DNA of 62,954 bases, counting the filler. It is 8 parts of 8 records of this genome, joined end to end, with 100 filler letters (N's around TTAATTAATTAA, not from the genome) between each part and the next. Parts side by side here need not be neighbours in the genome. Positions count along the whole stretch, not along the records: positions 46,699 to 53,231 come from SRR31156797_29254; positions 53,332 to 62,954 come from SRR31156797_29288; 6 more parts are not named here. One strand, written 5' to 3'. This document shows positions 49,382-59,843 of the stretch, in pieces. How positions within the stretch are numbered: the first letter of the stretch is position 1; every line of letters starts with the position of its first letter. Both the position numbers and the translations under genes were made by a program. Under the pieces are notes generated by a model. It made no database searches. It was not told the origin of the DNA and was given only the letters and a program-made list of their open reading frames with translations.

Positions 49382-51265
49382 ATGAAATTTTACAGAAAAA
49401 AATATGATGTCATTGTTGTGGGAGCAGGCCATGCCGGCTGTGAAGCGGCCCTGGCCGCAGCCAACATGGGCTGCCGAACCCTGCTTGCAGCCATCGATCT
49501 CGACAAGGTGGCGGCCATGCCCTGCAGCCCTTCCATCGGCGGCATGGCAAAGGGCCAGCTTGTCAAGGAGATCGATGCCCTGGGCGGCTATATGGCCAAG
49601 GTCTCGGATGCCTCGGCCATCCAGTACCGCACCCTGAACACGCGAAAAGGCCCGGCCGTCCACTCGACCCGGACCCAGAACGACAAGCTGCGCTACCACC
49701 GGGCCATGAAAGCGATCATCGAGACCACTTCCGGGCTCGATTTCAAGCAGATGATGGTGGAAGAGCTGGTGATCGAGAACAACCGGGTCGTTGGAATCAT
49801 CGAAGCCACCGGGTTCGGGTATTCAGCCGACGCGGTGGTCCTTGCCACGGGCACCTTTCTCAAGGGCGTGGTTCACATCGGCTCTTCCAGGATAGATGCG
49901 GGAAGGGCCGGGGAGTTTGCATCCATCGGCCTTGCCGCCTCCCTTGCCAAGGCAGGTTTTACCCTGGGCAGGATGAAGACCGGCACGCCGCCGAGGCTTG
50001 CCCGGGACACCATCGATTTTTCCCAGTTTGCCAACCAGGATTCGGATCCTGCGCCGACCCCCTTTTCCTATTCCACCGGCGAGATCACACGCCCCATGCT
50101 GCCGAGTTATATCGGCCATACAAACAAACGGTCCCACGACCTTGTCAGGCGCAACCTGAAACACTCCGCCCTCTACGGCGGCAGCATCATCGGCAAATCG
50201 GCCCGGTACTGCCCCTCCTTTGAGGACAAGATCGTCAAATTCCCGGACCGGGAGCAGCACCAGATCATCCTGGAGCACGAAGGCGTCGACACCGAGGAGA
50301 TCTACGCCTCGGGCCTTGGCAACTCCCTTCCAGTGGAGATCCAGATCGAATTCGTCCGGTCGGTCCAGGGACTGGAGCAGGCCGAGATCATGCGGCCCGG
50401 ATATGCCATCGAATATGACTACATCAATCCCCTGGAGCTCAATCCGACCCTGGAGACAAAACGGCTCAAGGGCCTCTACCTGGCCGGCCAGATCAACGGC
50501 ACCTCAGGCTATGAAGAGGCGGCCGCCCAGGGCATGTGGGCGGGGATCAACGCCGCCTGCATGATCCAGAAGCGTAAGCCCTTCATCCTGGACCGCTCGG
50601 AAGCCTACATGGGCGTAATGATCGACGATCTTGTGACCAGGGGAACAAGGGAACCATACCGGATGTTCACCTCCCGTGCCGAATACCGACTGATGCTCAG
50701 GGAAGACAACGCGGACTTAAGGCTTACCGAAACAGGCCATGAACTCGGCCTGGTGGACGATGAGACCCTTGCCCGGGCCCGGGAGATCAAGGCCGGCACC
50801 GAAAGCGAGATCTCCAGGATACGAACCGTTATCGTCAAACCCGGCCCCCATACCAACGACTGGCTCAGCGCTGCCGGATCACCCGCCATCACAACCGGGC
50901 TCAAGCTTGACCAGCTGCTCAAGCGCGCCGGAATCGACTACTCGGCTGTGGATCAGTTTGCACCGGCAGAGCCTGCGGTATCACCGAGGATACGGCAGCA
51001 GGTGGAGATCGAAGTCAAGTACGAGGGGTATATCGCCCGCCAGCTCAACGAAATCAAGAAATTCAAGGACATGGAAAGAATCAGGATCCCGAAATCCATG
51101 GACTTTAGATCCATCCACGGGCTCTCCAACGAGGTAAGGGAGAAGCTTGTCAATGTGATGCCCGAATCCCTGGGCCAGGCGTCGAGAATCGACGGCATGA
51201 CCCCCGCCGCCCTGTCCGTAATCATGGTGGCCATAACCGCCCTGGAGCGCAGGTCCGCCACTTGA
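49382..51265 (+). CDS. mnmG: tRNA uridine-5-carboxymethylaminomethyl(34) synthesis enzyme MnmG (GidA)
   Basis: [60 protein letters not shown]. Confidence 0.98.
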   Translation: MKFYRKKYDVIVVGAGHAGCEAALAAANMGCRTLLAAIDLDKVAAMPCSPSIGGMAKGQLVKEIDALGGYMAKVSDASAIQYRTLNTRKGPAVHSTRTQNDKLRYHRAMKAIIETTSGLDFKQMMVEELVIENNRVVGIIEATGFGYSADAVVLATGTFLKGVVHIGSSRIDAGRAGEFASIGLAASLAKAGFTLGRMKTGTPPRLARDTIDFSQFANQDSDPAPTPFSYSTGEITRPMLPSYIGHTNKRSHDLVRRNLKHSALYGGSIIGKSARYCPSFEDKIVKFPDREQHQIILEHEGVDTEEIYASGLGNSLPVEIQIEFVRSVQGLEQAEIMRPGYAIEYDYINPLELNPTLETKRLKGLYLAGQINGTSGYEEAAAQGMWAGINAACMIQKRKPFILDRSEAYMGVMIDDLVTRGTREPYRMFTSRAEYRLMLREDNADLRLTETGHELGLVDDETLARAREIKAGTESEISRIRTVIVKPGPHTNDWLSAAGSPAITTGLKLDQLLKRAGIDYSAVDQFAPAEPAVSPRIRQQVEIEVKYEGYIARQLNEIKKFKDMERIRIPKSMDFRSIHGLSNEVREKLVNVMPESLGQASRIDGMTPAALSVIMVAITALERRSAT

Positions 51266-51340
51266 CTTTGATGGGATGTTAGTTACTTTTTATACCATAA
51301 AATACCGGGACACGAATTTTAATAAAGGAACAACGATATA

Positions 51341-52264
51341 ATGGCAGAAACCGACTACTATAAAATCCTCGGGGTCGACAAATCGGCCTCCGACGCTGAA
51401 ATCAAAAAGGCCTACCGAAAATTAGCCCTCAAATACCACCCAGACAAGGCCAACGGCAACAAAGCCTTTGAGGCAAAATTCAAAGAAATCAGCGAAGCCT
51501 ATGCCGTGTTGAGCGACAAGGAGAAACGCCGCCAGTACGACACTTACGGGTCTGCGGATTTCCAGCAGCGATTCTCCCAGGAGGATATTTTCAGCAACTT
51601 CGATATCGGCGACATCCTCAGGGAGTTCGGCTTTGGCGGCGGCAGCAGGGGATTTGGCGGTGGTTTTGGCGGCAGGGGCGGAATGGGCGGCAGCCCGTTT
51701 GGCCAGGGCATGGGAGGCCGCCAGGCAAGACCCCGGCAGATGAAGGGAAACGATCTCGAATATGAAGCCGCCCTGACCCTGGAAGAGATGATCACGGGTA
51801 CCAGGAAGACCATCACCATCAACCGCGGCAACGCCACCGACACCATCACTGTCAAAATTCCCAAGGGCATGATCCAGGGCAAAAAGATACGGGTTGCCGG
51901 CAAGGGGGAGACCAGCCCCTATGGCGGCCAGCCGGGGGATCTGTTCATCAAGTCAAGGCCCATGCCCAACCCGGGATTCAGAATCGACGGCAACGACGTC
52001 CACACGACAAAGGAGATCAAGCTGACCCAGGCTCTGCTGGGAACAAAGATAGAGATCAGAACCCCCCGGGGGAAAAACATCAGCCTCAACGTCCCCCAGG
52101 GAACGAGGCACAAGGCAAAAATGCGCCTTGCCGACCAGGGTATTCCCCATATAAACGGAGGGGGTTGCGGTGATCTCTTTGTGGAAATTCAGGTCAACAT
52201 GCCCAGGAAGCTCGATGACGCCCAGAAAAAATTAGTTGAAAAAATGGCTCAAACCGGATTATAA
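51341..52264 (+). CDS. Class B J-domain protein (DnaJ/CbpA-like, no Zn finger)
   Basis: [16 protein letters not shown]-rich linker, two GDL-containing C-terminal domains. Confidence 0.92.
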   Translation: MAETDYYKILGVDKSASDAEIKKAYRKLALKYHPDKANGNKAFEAKFKEISEAYAVLSDKEKRRQYDTYGSADFQQRFSQEDIFSNFDIGDILREFGFGGGSRGFGGGFGGRGGMGGSPFGQGMGGRQARPRQMKGNDLEYEAALTLEEMITGTRKTITINRGNATDTITVKIPKGMIQGKKIRVAGKGETSPYGGQPGDLFIKSRPMPNPGFRIDGNDVHTTKEIKLTQALLGTKIEIRTPRGKNISLNVPQGTRHKAKMRLADQGIPHINGGGCGDLFVEIQVNMPRKLDDAQKKLVEKMAQTGL

Positions 52265-52272
52265 ATCATTTT

Positions 52273-52788
52273 ATGACACAACTTATCCCAATGATCTCCG
52301 AAGAGGAGATAAGAACCCAGGTAAAAGAGACAGGGCGCCAGATATCAAGTGATTACGAAGGTAAGAATCTTGTGCTTGCAGGAGTCCTCAAAGGTGCCTT
52401 TGTTTTTCTTGCCGATCTGACAAGAGCAATCACCATTGACCATGAGATCGACCTGATCGGCGCATCCAGCTATTCCGGCACAACGTCAACGGGAGAAATA
52501 TCATTCACCAAAAAACCCGACATAGACCTTGAAGGCAAGGATGTTCTGCTGGTTGAAGACATTGTTGATACGGGAAACACCCTTTCCGCGCTCCTGGAAT
52601 ATATCAAGACCCTGAACCCCGCTTCCGTAAAAATATGCACCCTGATCAACAAGCATGAACGCCGGGAAACAGACATCGATGTGGCGTACTCATGTTTCAC
52701 ACTTGAAAAAGGATTCATTGTCGGCTACGGACTTGACTACAACGAACTCTACAGGAATCTTCCAGCAATATTTGATCTGAAACTATAG
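52273..52788 (+). CDS. hpt: Hypoxanthine phosphoribosyltransferase
   Basis: GVLKGA..F.ADL, SSY, VLLVEDIVDTGNT, FIVGYGLDY..LYRNLP. Confidence 0.96.
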   Translation: MTQLIPMISEEEIRTQVKETGRQISSDYEGKNLVLAGVLKGAFVFLADLTRAITIDHEIDLIGASSYSGTTSTGEISFTKKPDIDLEGKDVLLVEDIVDTGNTLSALLEYIKTLNPASVKICTLINKHERRETDIDVAYSCFTLEKGFIVGYGLDYNELYRNLPAIFDLKL

Positions 52789-52805
52789 CAAACAAGGGGA
52801 AAACC

Positions 52806-53231
52806 ATGGTTATCACCTGTGAAAAGTGCTCAATACGGTTCAATCTTGATGAATCCCTTTTGAAAAAAGAGGGGTCCAAGGTTCGCTGCAGCCAGTGCAA
52901 ACATGTGTTCATGGCCTACCCCCCTGCCCCTGCCGTCAAACCCCTTGATCTTGGTAAAGACATCGACAAGGCCATGGAGCCGGAGGATCTCAAGCTTGAA
53001 GAAGACCTTGGCCTTGACGAAACCGAGGAACTGGAAGAGTTCCGGCTCGATGATGATTTTGAAGAAGAGCTGGAACCGGTGGAACCTGACCTCGGGGAGG
53101 AGCCGGCCGTCCCGCCCCCCCCGGAAGACCTTGAAATAGAAGGCCTTGAACTTGAAGAAGAGCCGGAAACCGAGGACCTCGACCTGGAATTCGACCTTGA
53201 AGACGATCTTGAGCTTGACCTCGAGGAGGAA
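52806..53231 (+). CDS. MJ0042-type zinc-ribbon protein with acidic low-complexity linker; truncated
   Basis: MVITCEKC...KVRCSQCKHVF followed by D/E/L-rich repeats. Confidence 0.85.
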
Positions 53232-53331
53232 NNNNNNNNNNNNNNNNNNNNNNNNNNNNNNNNNNNNNNNNNNNNTTAATTAATTAANNNNNNNNNNNNN
53301 NNNNNNNNNNNNNNNNNNNNNNNNNNNNNNN
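53232..53331. other. Artificial contig linker
   Basis: N run with TTAATTAATTAA. Confidence 0.99.
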
Positions 53332-53389
53332 TAATGACCCGAATAAAAATTAACTAAAGTAAAATGTAAATTAATTTAATTAAAATTGC

Positions 53390-53418
53390 TTGACGGTAGT
53401 TGTTACACTTGATATCGT
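53390..53418 (+). promoter_or_regulatory. Candidate sigma70 promoter for the tetR-rdh cluster
   Basis: TTGACG-17 bp-TATCGT with extended -10 TG and an AT-rich upstream tract. Confidence 0.55.
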
Positions 53419-53525
53419 ACTCACATTCGAAAAATACCGGAACAACTTGTCAGCAATTCTCACGATGTCAAAATGCGGATTAAAACTGATAAGTAATTTC
53501 AACCAGCGAAAAGGATGTCCAGGCT

Positions 53526-54275
53526 ATGAATACTGAATTCTCCCATTCGGCCAAGTTTTTGCGGGAAGGCAAGATCCGTTGGGAAGCCAGGCATAAGCGT
53601 GAAGAATTCATGCTGGAGCAGGCCCGGGTGATTGTAAAGGAGCACGGCCTGCAAGCCCTCACCCTGCCGCGTCTGGCTGAAGTGAGTCAATATTCCAAGC
53701 CAACCGTGTACAAGTATTTTCCGACAAGGGAAGATCTGGTCGTGGCCTTGGCCGTGCAGTCGGCCGCGGTGAGAGCATCTTATTATGAAAATGTGCTCGA
53801 TTTTAAAGCCAGGCCTCGTGAAAAACTGATCGCCATCCATTCCTTGAACGTCGGCCCCCTGGCCGGATATTTCAGCGATATGCTCAATGTCCATATAAAC
53901 CGTTTGAGCAGCCGGGCTTCGGCCGACCGCAGACGGAAGCTGCTTGAACATGAAGACAGGATTGCGGAAATACATGCAGTCATCGTTCGGGAAGCAGTTG
54001 AAAACGGCGATCTCAATCTTCCTCCGGGAGTGGACGAATGCAGGATTTTACTGACTTTGACGGCTGCAACCTTTGGCGCCCACGTGATGCAGGAATCTGA
54101 TTCTCCGGTTGTTGAAAAATGGTTTAAAGCTGCAAAATTCATAGAAGGCGTCTGCGGCTTGGTCATCCTGGACAGTCTTGGTTGGCGTCCTTTGTCAAGC
54201 GAATGGGATTATAACGAAACCCTGCAACGCTTTTACGACGAAATATTACCGGAATTGAAAGGCGCGGGGTTTTAG
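53526..54275 (+). CDS. TetR/AcrR-family regulator
   Basis: HGLQALTLPRLA..SQYSKPTVYKYFPTREDL HTH. Confidence 0.9.
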   Translation: MNTEFSHSAKFLREGKIRWEARHKREEFMLEQARVIVKEHGLQALTLPRLAEVSQYSKPTVYKYFPTREDLVVALAVQSAAVRASYYENVLDFKARPREKLIAIHSLNVGPLAGYFSDMLNVHINRLSSRASADRRRKLLEHEDRIAEIHAVIVREAVENGDLNLPPGVDECRILLTLTAATFGAHVMQESDSPVVEKWFKAAKFIEGVCGLVILDSLGWRPLSSEWDYNETLQRFYDEILPELKGAGF

Positions 54276-54332
54276 CCCGGCAGCTTGCGATTTTTAAATT
54301 TATGAATTCCGGCTTCAATAAACGGGGGTGTT

Positions 54333-55661
54333 ATGGCTGTTGATTATGTAATTCCAGGAAATCATGGTTTTAAGGATCCGGCATCCATTCCCGAAGGCTA
54401 TGTCTTTCGGGATCAACGCGGTCGTTACCCCTGGTGGGTAAAGTCCGTGGACAGGATTACGACTCAAGTGGATTTATCTAACTGGCAGCGCAAGACGACT
54501 GACAGAATCATGAAGATGGTGTTCGGCCCTGACCAACCGGAAATGGCGGCCCGGCTGGAAAAATCTCGCCCGAAAATGATCCAAAGAATGAAAGACGAAG
54601 TTCCGGGCCATCGCTTGCAGGATTTTGCTCTCCATTACGCTTCGGAAACTTATTTCGCCGCCGGAGTCGATCTTTTTAAAGCCGGAATGATTTTAGAGTT
54701 CCTTAATATCCGTAAAACCGTTGGCGCGTTAATCCATCCGCCTGAAGAGCTTGGGATGGAACCATGGAAAGGGACCGCGTTGGAAGCGTCGGCCATGCTG
54801 GAAAAAGCAGCCGTTCATCTGGGCGCGTCCCAGGTAGGCTTTACGGCCCTGAATCCCTATAACCTTGAACACATGGTCCATATAGATTCCGAAGTGGAAA
54901 AGATTAAAACCACTGAAGACGGGCGCATACTGGTTCCGGAAAGTATGCGCTATGTCGTTGTTCTGGCCGGGCAGGTCCCTTTTGACGCCGCGGCGAGATC
55001 TCCCAGCCAGATCGGAGACGCGGCCGACCGGGCCGGATACGAAAATCGCGGCATGGTCGTGGAAAGAATGATCAATTTTATCCGAGGCCTGGGTTATAAG
55101 GCTAAAATGATCCCCGGTTTTATGCCGCCCGCGATCCCCCTGGCCCTGATGGCCGGCCTGGGAGAAATGGGCCGGACCAATCGCCTTATATCACCCCTTT
55201 ACGGCGGCGCGGTCCGCCTGGAAGCTATTTTGACCGACCTTCCCCTGGCACTGGACAAACCCATAGATTTTGGCCTTCAAAAATTCTGCAGGGGATGTAA
55301 AAAGTGCGCCAAATCCTGTCCAGCCGGCGCAATAAGCATGGATGACGAACCCACATGGGAGCCTTACGGCGACTGTTCCACCGGCGGTAAAAAAGTGTAT
55401 TACGACAATTACGATAAATGCTCATCCTTCACCGGAAGCATGCATCTTTATTGCGCTGCCTGCCTGGCATCCTGCCCCTGGAACAAGGACGACAAAACAG
55501 TATTGCATTCGGTTGTTAAGGCTGTGTCCGCAAAGGCGCCGGCTTTGTCTCCATTCATGGTCTTTATGGACGATTTGTTCGGATACGGCCTGGCGCCGAA
55601 AGAAAAACTGAACGATTGGTGGGAACTCGACCTGCCCCCCAAGGGATTGAGAAGCTTCTGA
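54333..55661 (+). CDS. rdhA: Reductive dehalogenase catalytic subunit, no Tat signal
   Basis: PWWVK.VD..T, W.GT..E..AML..AA..LGA..VG, GY, AGLGEMGR, TDLPL..DKPIDFG, FCxxCxxCxxxCP and C-x10-CxxCxxxCPW. Confidence 0.9.
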   Translation: MAVDYVIPGNHGFKDPASIPEGYVFRDQRGRYPWWVKSVDRITTQVDLSNWQRKTTDRIMKMVFGPDQPEMAARLEKSRPKMIQRMKDEVPGHRLQDFALHYASETYFAAGVDLFKAGMILEFLNIRKTVGALIHPPEELGMEPWKGTALEASAMLEKAAVHLGASQVGFTALNPYNLEHMVHIDSEVEKIKTTEDGRILVPESMRYVVVLAGQVPFDAAARSPSQIGDAADRAGYENRGMVVERMINFIRGLGYKAKMIPGFMPPAIPLALMAGLGEMGRTNRLISPLYGGAVRLEAILTDLPLALDKPIDFGLQKFCRGCKKCAKSCPAGAISMDDEPTWEPYGDCSTGGKKVYYDNYDKCSSFTGSMHLYCAACLASCPWNKDDKTVLHSVVKAVSAKAPALSPFMVFMDDLFGYGLAPKEKLNDWWELDLPPKGLRSF

Positions 55662-55690
55662 ACAGGATCCATGGAAAAAAGGAGTAAATA

Positions 55691-55936
55691 ATGGTCAACC
55701 TGGTGCTCGGAGTTTTGATCGGTATTGCAGGATCACGGCTTTATACCCAGCCCCTTCCTGTGCCCTGGTTTGCCTGGGCGCTCTTTGCCATGGGCTCGAC
55801 CGCTATAGTCCTGGCCTTTGATGTCTTAATCGGTTCTTTAAAGGAAAACCAGCCCAGGGCGGCCTGGATGGGGTTGGGCATGTTCGGCGGTTTGGGCCTG
55901 GTCATGATCTTTATCGGCTATGGCTTGGCTTTTTAG
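55691..55936 (+). CDS. rdhB: Reductive dehalogenase membrane anchor (3 TM)
   Basis: 81 aa with three hydrophobic segments, WFAW (WYEW-like) and GS..E..P.AAWM motifs; directly after rdhA with AAGGAG RBS. Confidence 0.8.
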   Translation: MVNLVLGVLIGIAGSRLYTQPLPVPWFAWALFAMGSTAIVLAFDVLIGSLKENQPRAAWMGLGMFGGLGLVMIFIGYGLAF

Positions 55937-56037
55937 GTATTTGAGTCAGGCACGTTCAGAAATATGTGAGGTGAAAAAAGAGTCGATTGGCTCGTCGGGT
56001 TTTTATCAGGTTTTCATAATTCAAAAGAGGAGTCGTA

Positions 56038-57123
56038 ATGAGCGAGCAGGTTTATAAAGACATGGTCGGTGTAATGGCCCAACGAGGGTTGTCCTTTGGC
56101 GGAATGGACATTCCCGAGTTTTACCGCGTCGTGGAAGAGTTGTTTACGCCGGAAGAGGCGGCAATTAATAACGCCATGCCCCGCGGTTCCTTCACTACCG
56201 CGGATATTGCCGGCATTTTGAGCCGTGAAGAAAAGGACATGGAATCCATCCTGAAAAACATGGCGGACAAAGGACTGTGTTTTTCCCACGTGAAAGACGG
56301 CGTCCGAAAGTTCCGTGCGGCCCCGTTTGTTCCGGGTATATTTGAATTCGTTTTCTACAGGGGGACAAAGGACGAGCGCGACAAGAAACTGGCCAGGTAT
56401 ATTCACGATTACAAGGAAGCCTGGCAGGCCCGGCAGCCTATCGTCATTCCATATCCTATTCAGCGGGTCATCACCGTGGATCGGACCGTTGAAACAGGGA
56501 AAATGGTTCATACATACGACCAGGTAAAAACATACATAGAACAAAGCGATGCCATTGCGGTGGGGCGCTGTTACTGCCGTCACATGGCCGAGCTTCTCGG
56601 GGAAGACGCCCATGGCGCGCCCATGGATGTCTGTATGTTTTTGGGCCGTAATGCCGAATTCGCCATCGATTGCCTGGGCGCGCGCAGCGTGACAAAGGAT
56701 GAGGGCTTGAAAATTCTGGAAGAATGTGAAGAAGCCGGGTTGATTCACCAGACCCAGAATGTGACCGATGAAATCGGCTATATCTGTAATTGCGACCGCT
56801 GGCATTGTTTTGCGGTCAAGATCGTTCTGCAGCAGCCCCATCCCGGAAAAATGCTGAATTCCGGATTCGAACCCCGGTTCGACGCCGACCTTTGCACGGC
56901 CTGTGAAACCTGTATTGACCGCTGCCCCCCGGAAGCTTTGGTCATGGGTGGCGACGACTTGCCGAAAATAGATCTTAACCGGTGTTTCGGCTGCGCTGTC
57001 TGCGCCACCGGCTGCCCAAGCGATGCAATTACCATGGTAAACAAGCCGGAATTCGAGGCGCCGCCTAAAAATCAAAAAGCCTTGACCGAAGCCCTGATGA
57101 ACAGCCTGGCAAATCCGGCATAG
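56038..57123 (+). CDS. Multi-Fe-S protein with C-terminal 2x[4Fe-4S] ferredoxin domain
   Basis: CYCRH, ICNCDRWHC, CTACETCIDRCP, CFGCAVCATGCP. Confidence 0.9.
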   Translation: MSEQVYKDMVGVMAQRGLSFGGMDIPEFYRVVEELFTPEEAAINNAMPRGSFTTADIAGILSREEKDMESILKNMADKGLCFSHVKDGVRKFRAAPFVPGIFEFVFYRGTKDERDKKLARYIHDYKEAWQARQPIVIPYPIQRVITVDRTVETGKMVHTYDQVKTYIEQSDAIAVGRCYCRHMAELLGEDAHGAPMDVCMFLGRNAEFAIDCLGARSVTKDEGLKILEECEEAGLIHQTQNVTDEIGYICNCDRWHCFAVKIVLQQPHPGKMLNSGFEPRFDADLCTACETCIDRCPPEALVMGGDDLPKIDLNRCFGCAVCATGCPSDAITMVNKPEFEAPPKNQKALTEALMNSLANPA

Positions 57124-57171
57124 GAGTGATTGGGAAGGACAAGAGTTGATTATTAACCATAAGGAGTCATT

Positions 57172-57531
57172 ATGGCCTTTATAAATCCTACTCACGACCA
57201 GTTTAAACAACTGATGAGCCTGGAGGATGACGGACCGGTGGTCATGGTTAACCTGCTCAAGTTCAAGCCTGACGGCGGCGCTGAATTGTATGAAAAGTAT
57301 GCGGAGGGCTCGGCTGCAACATTCGATAGAGTCGGCGGCAGGGTCATATTCCGGGGCAGTTACCGAATGCCGCTCATCGGTGACGAGGACTGGGATGAAA
57401 TCCTGGTGGTGGAATATCCTTCCATTGCCGCTTTCATTGATATGCAACGGGATGTAGATTATCAGTCGTTTGTCGAATTTCGAACCGAAGCGTTAGTTGA
57501 TTCTCGTTTGTGGGCTGTGAAACCAGGTTGA
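57172..57531 (+). CDS. DUF1330-family dimeric alpha-beta barrel protein
   Basis: GPVVMVNLLKFK, Y..Y, GGRVIF, WDEILVVEYPS...F, Y.....R..AL. Confidence 0.8.
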   Translation: MAFINPTHDQFKQLMSLEDDGPVVMVNLLKFKPDGGAELYEKYAEGSAATFDRVGGRVIFRGSYRMPLIGDEDWDEILVVEYPSIAAFIDMQRDVDYQSFVEFRTEALVDSRLWAVKPG

Positions 57532-57676
57532 GGGTGTGTTTTTCACTGATATTTATCGGGCCTTCATAGCTTTGAGGCTTTCAATTTAGTTACGGTTGAG
57601 ATAAAAAATAAAGCGCTACTGAAAAAATCGGCAATCATGAGAACTCAACCTTAAGTATTATCTGAGTGGAGGAGAA

Positions 57677-58531
57677 ATGTCCTACGAAACCATTATCACG
57701 GATACGCCCGAACCCGGGATTCACTTGATTACTCTCAACCGGCCGGACAGAATGAACGCCTGGACTCCCAAAATGATGGAAGAACTTATTGACGCCTTCC
57801 GCCTGGCTGATGACGACGATGAGGTGCGGGCGATTATTATCACCGGTCAAGGCAAAGCATACTGTGCGGGCGCGGATCTCGATCCGAATGGAACTTTGGG
57901 CAAGGATACGGACAAAGGCAAACTTCATCGCGACACGGCCGGCCAATTGACCTTGACCATTTACGATCTGAAAAAGCCGGTTATAGCGGCCATTAACGGG
58001 GCCGCCGTAGGCGTGGGCGCCACCATGACCCTGCCCATGGATATACGCATTGCATCAAAAAACGCCAAAATAGGCTTTGTTTTCGACCGTAGGGGCATGG
58101 TCGCCGAAGGGTGTTCAACCTGGTTTTTGCCTCGTATCGTCGGCATCAGCCAAGCATCTGAATGGATTCTGACCGGCCGGATCATGATGGCGGAAGAAGC
58201 CAAATCCGGCGGGCTGCTCAGCCGGGTGGTCGAACCTGAAGAACTGATGACGACCGCTTTTGAACTGGCCCGCGAGGTCGCCCATAATACATCCCCCATT
58301 TCCACCGCCCTAAGCCGGCAGATGATGTGGAAGATGCTGGGCGCGGATCACCCCATGGAAGCCCATAAAATTGAATCCAAAAACCTGTCCTACATGTTCC
58401 ATTCAGAGGATTTTCTGGAAGGAGTCATGTCTTTCCTGGAAAAACGGCCGCCGAAATTTCCTGGCAAGCCCGGCAAGGATCTGCCCGAATGGTGGCCCTG
58501 GTGGGAAGACCGGCCCTTTGACATAGAGTAG
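57677..58531 (+). CDS. Enoyl-CoA hydratase/isomerase (crotonase) family
   Basis: ITLNRPDRMNA, YCAGADL, KPVIAAINGAAVGVG, EGVMSFLEKRPP.F. Confidence 0.93.
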   Translation: MSYETIITDTPEPGIHLITLNRPDRMNAWTPKMMEELIDAFRLADDDDEVRAIIITGQGKAYCAGADLDPNGTLGKDTDKGKLHRDTAGQLTLTIYDLKKPVIAAINGAAVGVGATMTLPMDIRIASKNAKIGFVFDRRGMVAEGCSTWFLPRIVGISQASEWILTGRIMMAEEAKSGGLLSRVVEPEELMTTAFELAREVAHNTSPISTALSRQMMWKMLGADHPMEAHKIESKNLSYMFHSEDFLEGVMSFLEKRPPKFPGKPGKDLPEWWPWWEDRPFDIE

Positions 58532-58620
58532 ACATAGGTATGCAAGCGAATCGGAACAGTCTGGATCGATTCCGGAGCGTATGATTACACAGTGATAAAA
58601 CCTGCGTGGAGGTTGGTGAA

Positions 58621-59445
58621 ATGGATGATTTGACAAGATATCATGAAATCGGCGCCGCCTTTATCGATAAACTCAAGCTGACCACTTACCCGGTTGCCGT
58701 ACGGATGATACGCCCGGACGAGGAACCTCCGGAAGCCGCCATGCAGCCGTCAATGGTTTTTGAGGGCGAAGTTCCGGCCTGTCTCGCTTACACATACTGC
58801 CGCCGGACCGGTTTCAGCTTTTTTCTCACAAAGGATGACATCGCCTGCAAGCCCATTGTCATCTATTTCGGTCTTGATCACACCGATAACCCGGACGATC
58901 TGTACCAGGCCTGGGCCGATCATGCCGGGTACAAACGCGACTTTGAGGCGGAAAAACGCTCGCGTGAGGACGATGTCCGGTTCGATCTTCATGAGTTTAA
59001 AGGCTTTGTTGTTTCACCGCTTCACCAGGCAGTATGCAAACCGGACCTGGTTATGATTTTCTGTTCGCCACTGGCCCTTTCCCACCTTATTCTTTCGGCC
59101 ACGTACGACGGCGCCAACATCGTCAGCAACTTCAACGGCATGGAAAGCACTTGCAAGGAAGGCGTTATCCGCACCTTTAAAACAGGCGCCTGCCAGGTTG
59201 TAACGCCAGGCATGGGCGACCGGGTCATGGGGGGAGTCCAGGATGATGAGATGCTGTTTTCCATCCCGGAACACCTGTTTGAATCTGTATTAAACAACCT
59301 GTTTCTGGCCGGGAACAAGTTGCAGGAACCCTCGCCGTTCATAATACCTCATATGGCGCCGACCCTGGGACCCAACAAAATATTGGGCAATCCTGTAGAA
59401 CCGCCGGTCTGGCCGACGCTGCGTGAGAAGATGAAACGCAAGTGA
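58621..59445 (+). CDS. DUF169-family protein
   Basis: LKLTTYPVAV, conserved Cys positions, PDLVMIF..P, PGMGDR.MGG..DDE..F.IP; ATG 58621 after GGAGG. Confidence 0.75.
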   Translation: MDDLTRYHEIGAAFIDKLKLTTYPVAVRMIRPDEEPPEAAMQPSMVFEGEVPACLAYTYCRRTGFSFFLTKDDIACKPIVIYFGLDHTDNPDDLYQAWADHAGYKRDFEAEKRSREDDVRFDLHEFKGFVVSPLHQAVCKPDLVMIFCSPLALSHLILSATYDGANIVSNFNGMESTCKEGVIRTFKTGACQVVTPGMGDRVMGGVQDDEMLFSIPEHLFESVLNNLFLAGNKLQEPSPFIIPHMAPTLGPNKILGNPVEPPVWPTLREKMKRK

Positions 59446-59803
59446 TTAATCACGGTTGGAACTCCTTATAGAGGGGTTTGATAGCCATTCATTGTAGAAA
59501 TAAAACTGAATGCCGGCAGATTCCCCCGGCTCGTGATTGAGATAATATCTGTCGCCCGACCGATCATCCATTCCTGGTTCGGACAGATGTACTGAATGCG
59601 TCCAATGGAGATATTTGTTAATCGCCGCTTCGACGTGAGTTAAAACGGGGCCGATTATCCGGCCCGGTTTCACCAGCCGCTCTTTCAGGAAGTTGTGGAT
59701 GTGGCGAGGCCTCGGTTCCAAGTTCATTCGATATGAATCGAATAAAATATGCTATTCGGATAATAACTGTTGACCTGTAGCGATCAGCCATGTTAGTAAT
59801 TTG

Positions 59804-59825
59804 AGAGACCGACTGGTCGGTCTCT
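59804..59825. promoter_or_regulatory. TetR-type operator 1
   Basis: AGAGACCGAC-TG-GTCGGTCTCT with 10-bp perfect arms, between a TTGACC -35-like box and the tetR start. Confidence 0.85.
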
Positions 59826-59843
59826 ATAGGGTTGATATCTACT

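Noticed and set aside
52980-53231. GACCTTGAA-like short repeats as a DNA repeat array
   Set aside because: They encode the acidic D/E/L linker typical of MJ0042 zinc-ribbon proteins.
10175-53331. Seven recurring N44-TTAATTAATTAA-N44 blocks as a biological repeat or CRISPR-like array
   Set aside because: Identical 100-nt all-frame-stop linkers with abrupt composition changes on either side; they are concatenation artefacts.
15024-55661. A single cobalamin super-cluster (mutase, MttB/corrinoid protein, RdhA)
   Set aside because: The three B12 systems lie on different contigs, probably from different organisms; proximity is artificial.
54333-55661. Epoxyqueuosine reductase QueG
   Set aside because: It carries RdhA-type PWWVK, W.GT..E and DKPIDFG motifs and an adjacent RdhB-like gene.
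59446-59727. 93-aa minus-strand ORF between DUF169 and tetR
   Set aside because: No clear RBS or motif; cannot be supported as a gene from sequence alone.
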